Shown here: in pieces, positions 63,401 to 64,000 of the stretch
How the letters are laid out: the number at the start of each line of letters is the position of its first letter
How positions within the stretch are numbered: the stretch's first letter is position 1
Source of the DNA: Blasia pusilla
Lineage: Eukaryota
Assembly: GCA_050084515.1 (NCBI GenBank)
Contig: CM114271.1
Span: 6,200,001-6,264,000 of the forward strand
Reading direction: 5' to 3'
DNA: 64,000 nt
Notes under the pieces: generated by a model
The model's database searches: none
Seen by the model: the letters and a program-made list of their open reading frames with translations, nothing else
What the model was told of the DNA's origin: nothing
Translations under genes and position numbers: made by a program

Positions 63401-63857
63401 TTACCACTGCATCCAACCATTTCACGTTTACTTCCAGCGTTGGTTACAGCAAATGGTTTCTCCTTCCGTAGGCCTCAGATGGATGCCATATTTATACAGT
63501 AGTTCCTACAAAGTGGAGTTGCTTCGGATGCAGACAGTCGATGGGGTCTACGTGTAGAACCTTTTTGAATCACAACTTCCGAATTCACCATGAGATAACA
63601 AGTCTTGCGTGAAGAAGTCTGCAAACTCCGGGAAGTAAAACAACCCAATCGTATCAAAAAACTTTCGACCCTGTCGTGTGTGACCAACGCTCAATCACTT
63701 CCATGGAGCCTGGCAGTGGAATTGGTAGGTCTACAAGAAACACGACTACACTTCCACAAGAAAACAGCTGAGCGACACCACAAAAGCTCCCGGGAAGGAT
63801 AGAGAGTCGTCTTCCGCAAGGAGGGCCTACGTTCCATCTGTAATACACTCGAGCAGT

Positions 63858-64000
63858 TTATTTAGATGAACTGCTGACAATGTTCAGAAGCTTATTTCGC
63901 CCCTCGACAATTTCATCAAAAAGGTCATTCACGTGCCAATCGATCGTCTCGACACCACTCTGGAACTTTTGAGATGTTTGCTTTAAGGTGGAAACAGTTT
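63858..64000 (-). CDS. C-terminal end of a probable DUF241/DUF793 (BPS1/ROH1-like) protein; gene starts beyond the right edge
   Basis: Minus frame TVSTLKQTSQKFQSGVETIDWHVNDLFDEIVEGRNKLLNIVSSSSK* fits the LFxxIVxxRxxLLNI C-terminal pattern of these families. Only 46 codons are visible. Confidence 0.55.
   Translation of the reverse strand, partial: TVSTLKQTSQKFQSGVETIDWHVNDLFDEIVEGRNKLLNIVSSSSK

Overview
Eukaryotic, intron-containing DNA from a land plant; the lineage cannot be fixed from the sequence alone. Host genes: the 5' part of a TFIIIC B-block-binding subunit gene (minus strand, runs off the left edge), a 5-exon 40S ribosomal protein S24 gene, a single-exon P-class PPR gene, an intronless VHS-GAT TOL1-like gene, and the C-terminal end of a probable DUF241/DUF793 (BPS1/ROH1-like) gene at the right edge. 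The main feature is a nested retrotransposon cluster at 16.0-32.4 kb. A 10.3 kb Ty3/Gypsy element (20677-30940, TG...CA ends, 4-bp GGTT target-site duplication) reads gag - protease - DNMT3-like C5 cytosine methyltransferase - RT - RNase H - integrase - PHD finger. Instead of two equal LTRs it has an A1-[coding]-B1-A2-B2 split-repeat layout. It sits inside an older, internally deleted relative with the same layout, next to a degenerate solo A+B unit. Other items: (GA)n-inserted LINE 3' ends, a head-to-tail stack of Tourist-like MITEs upstream of RPS24, small Helitron-like elements, a CRE-like relic and several minisatellites. The many frameshifts in the young element may be assembly errors.
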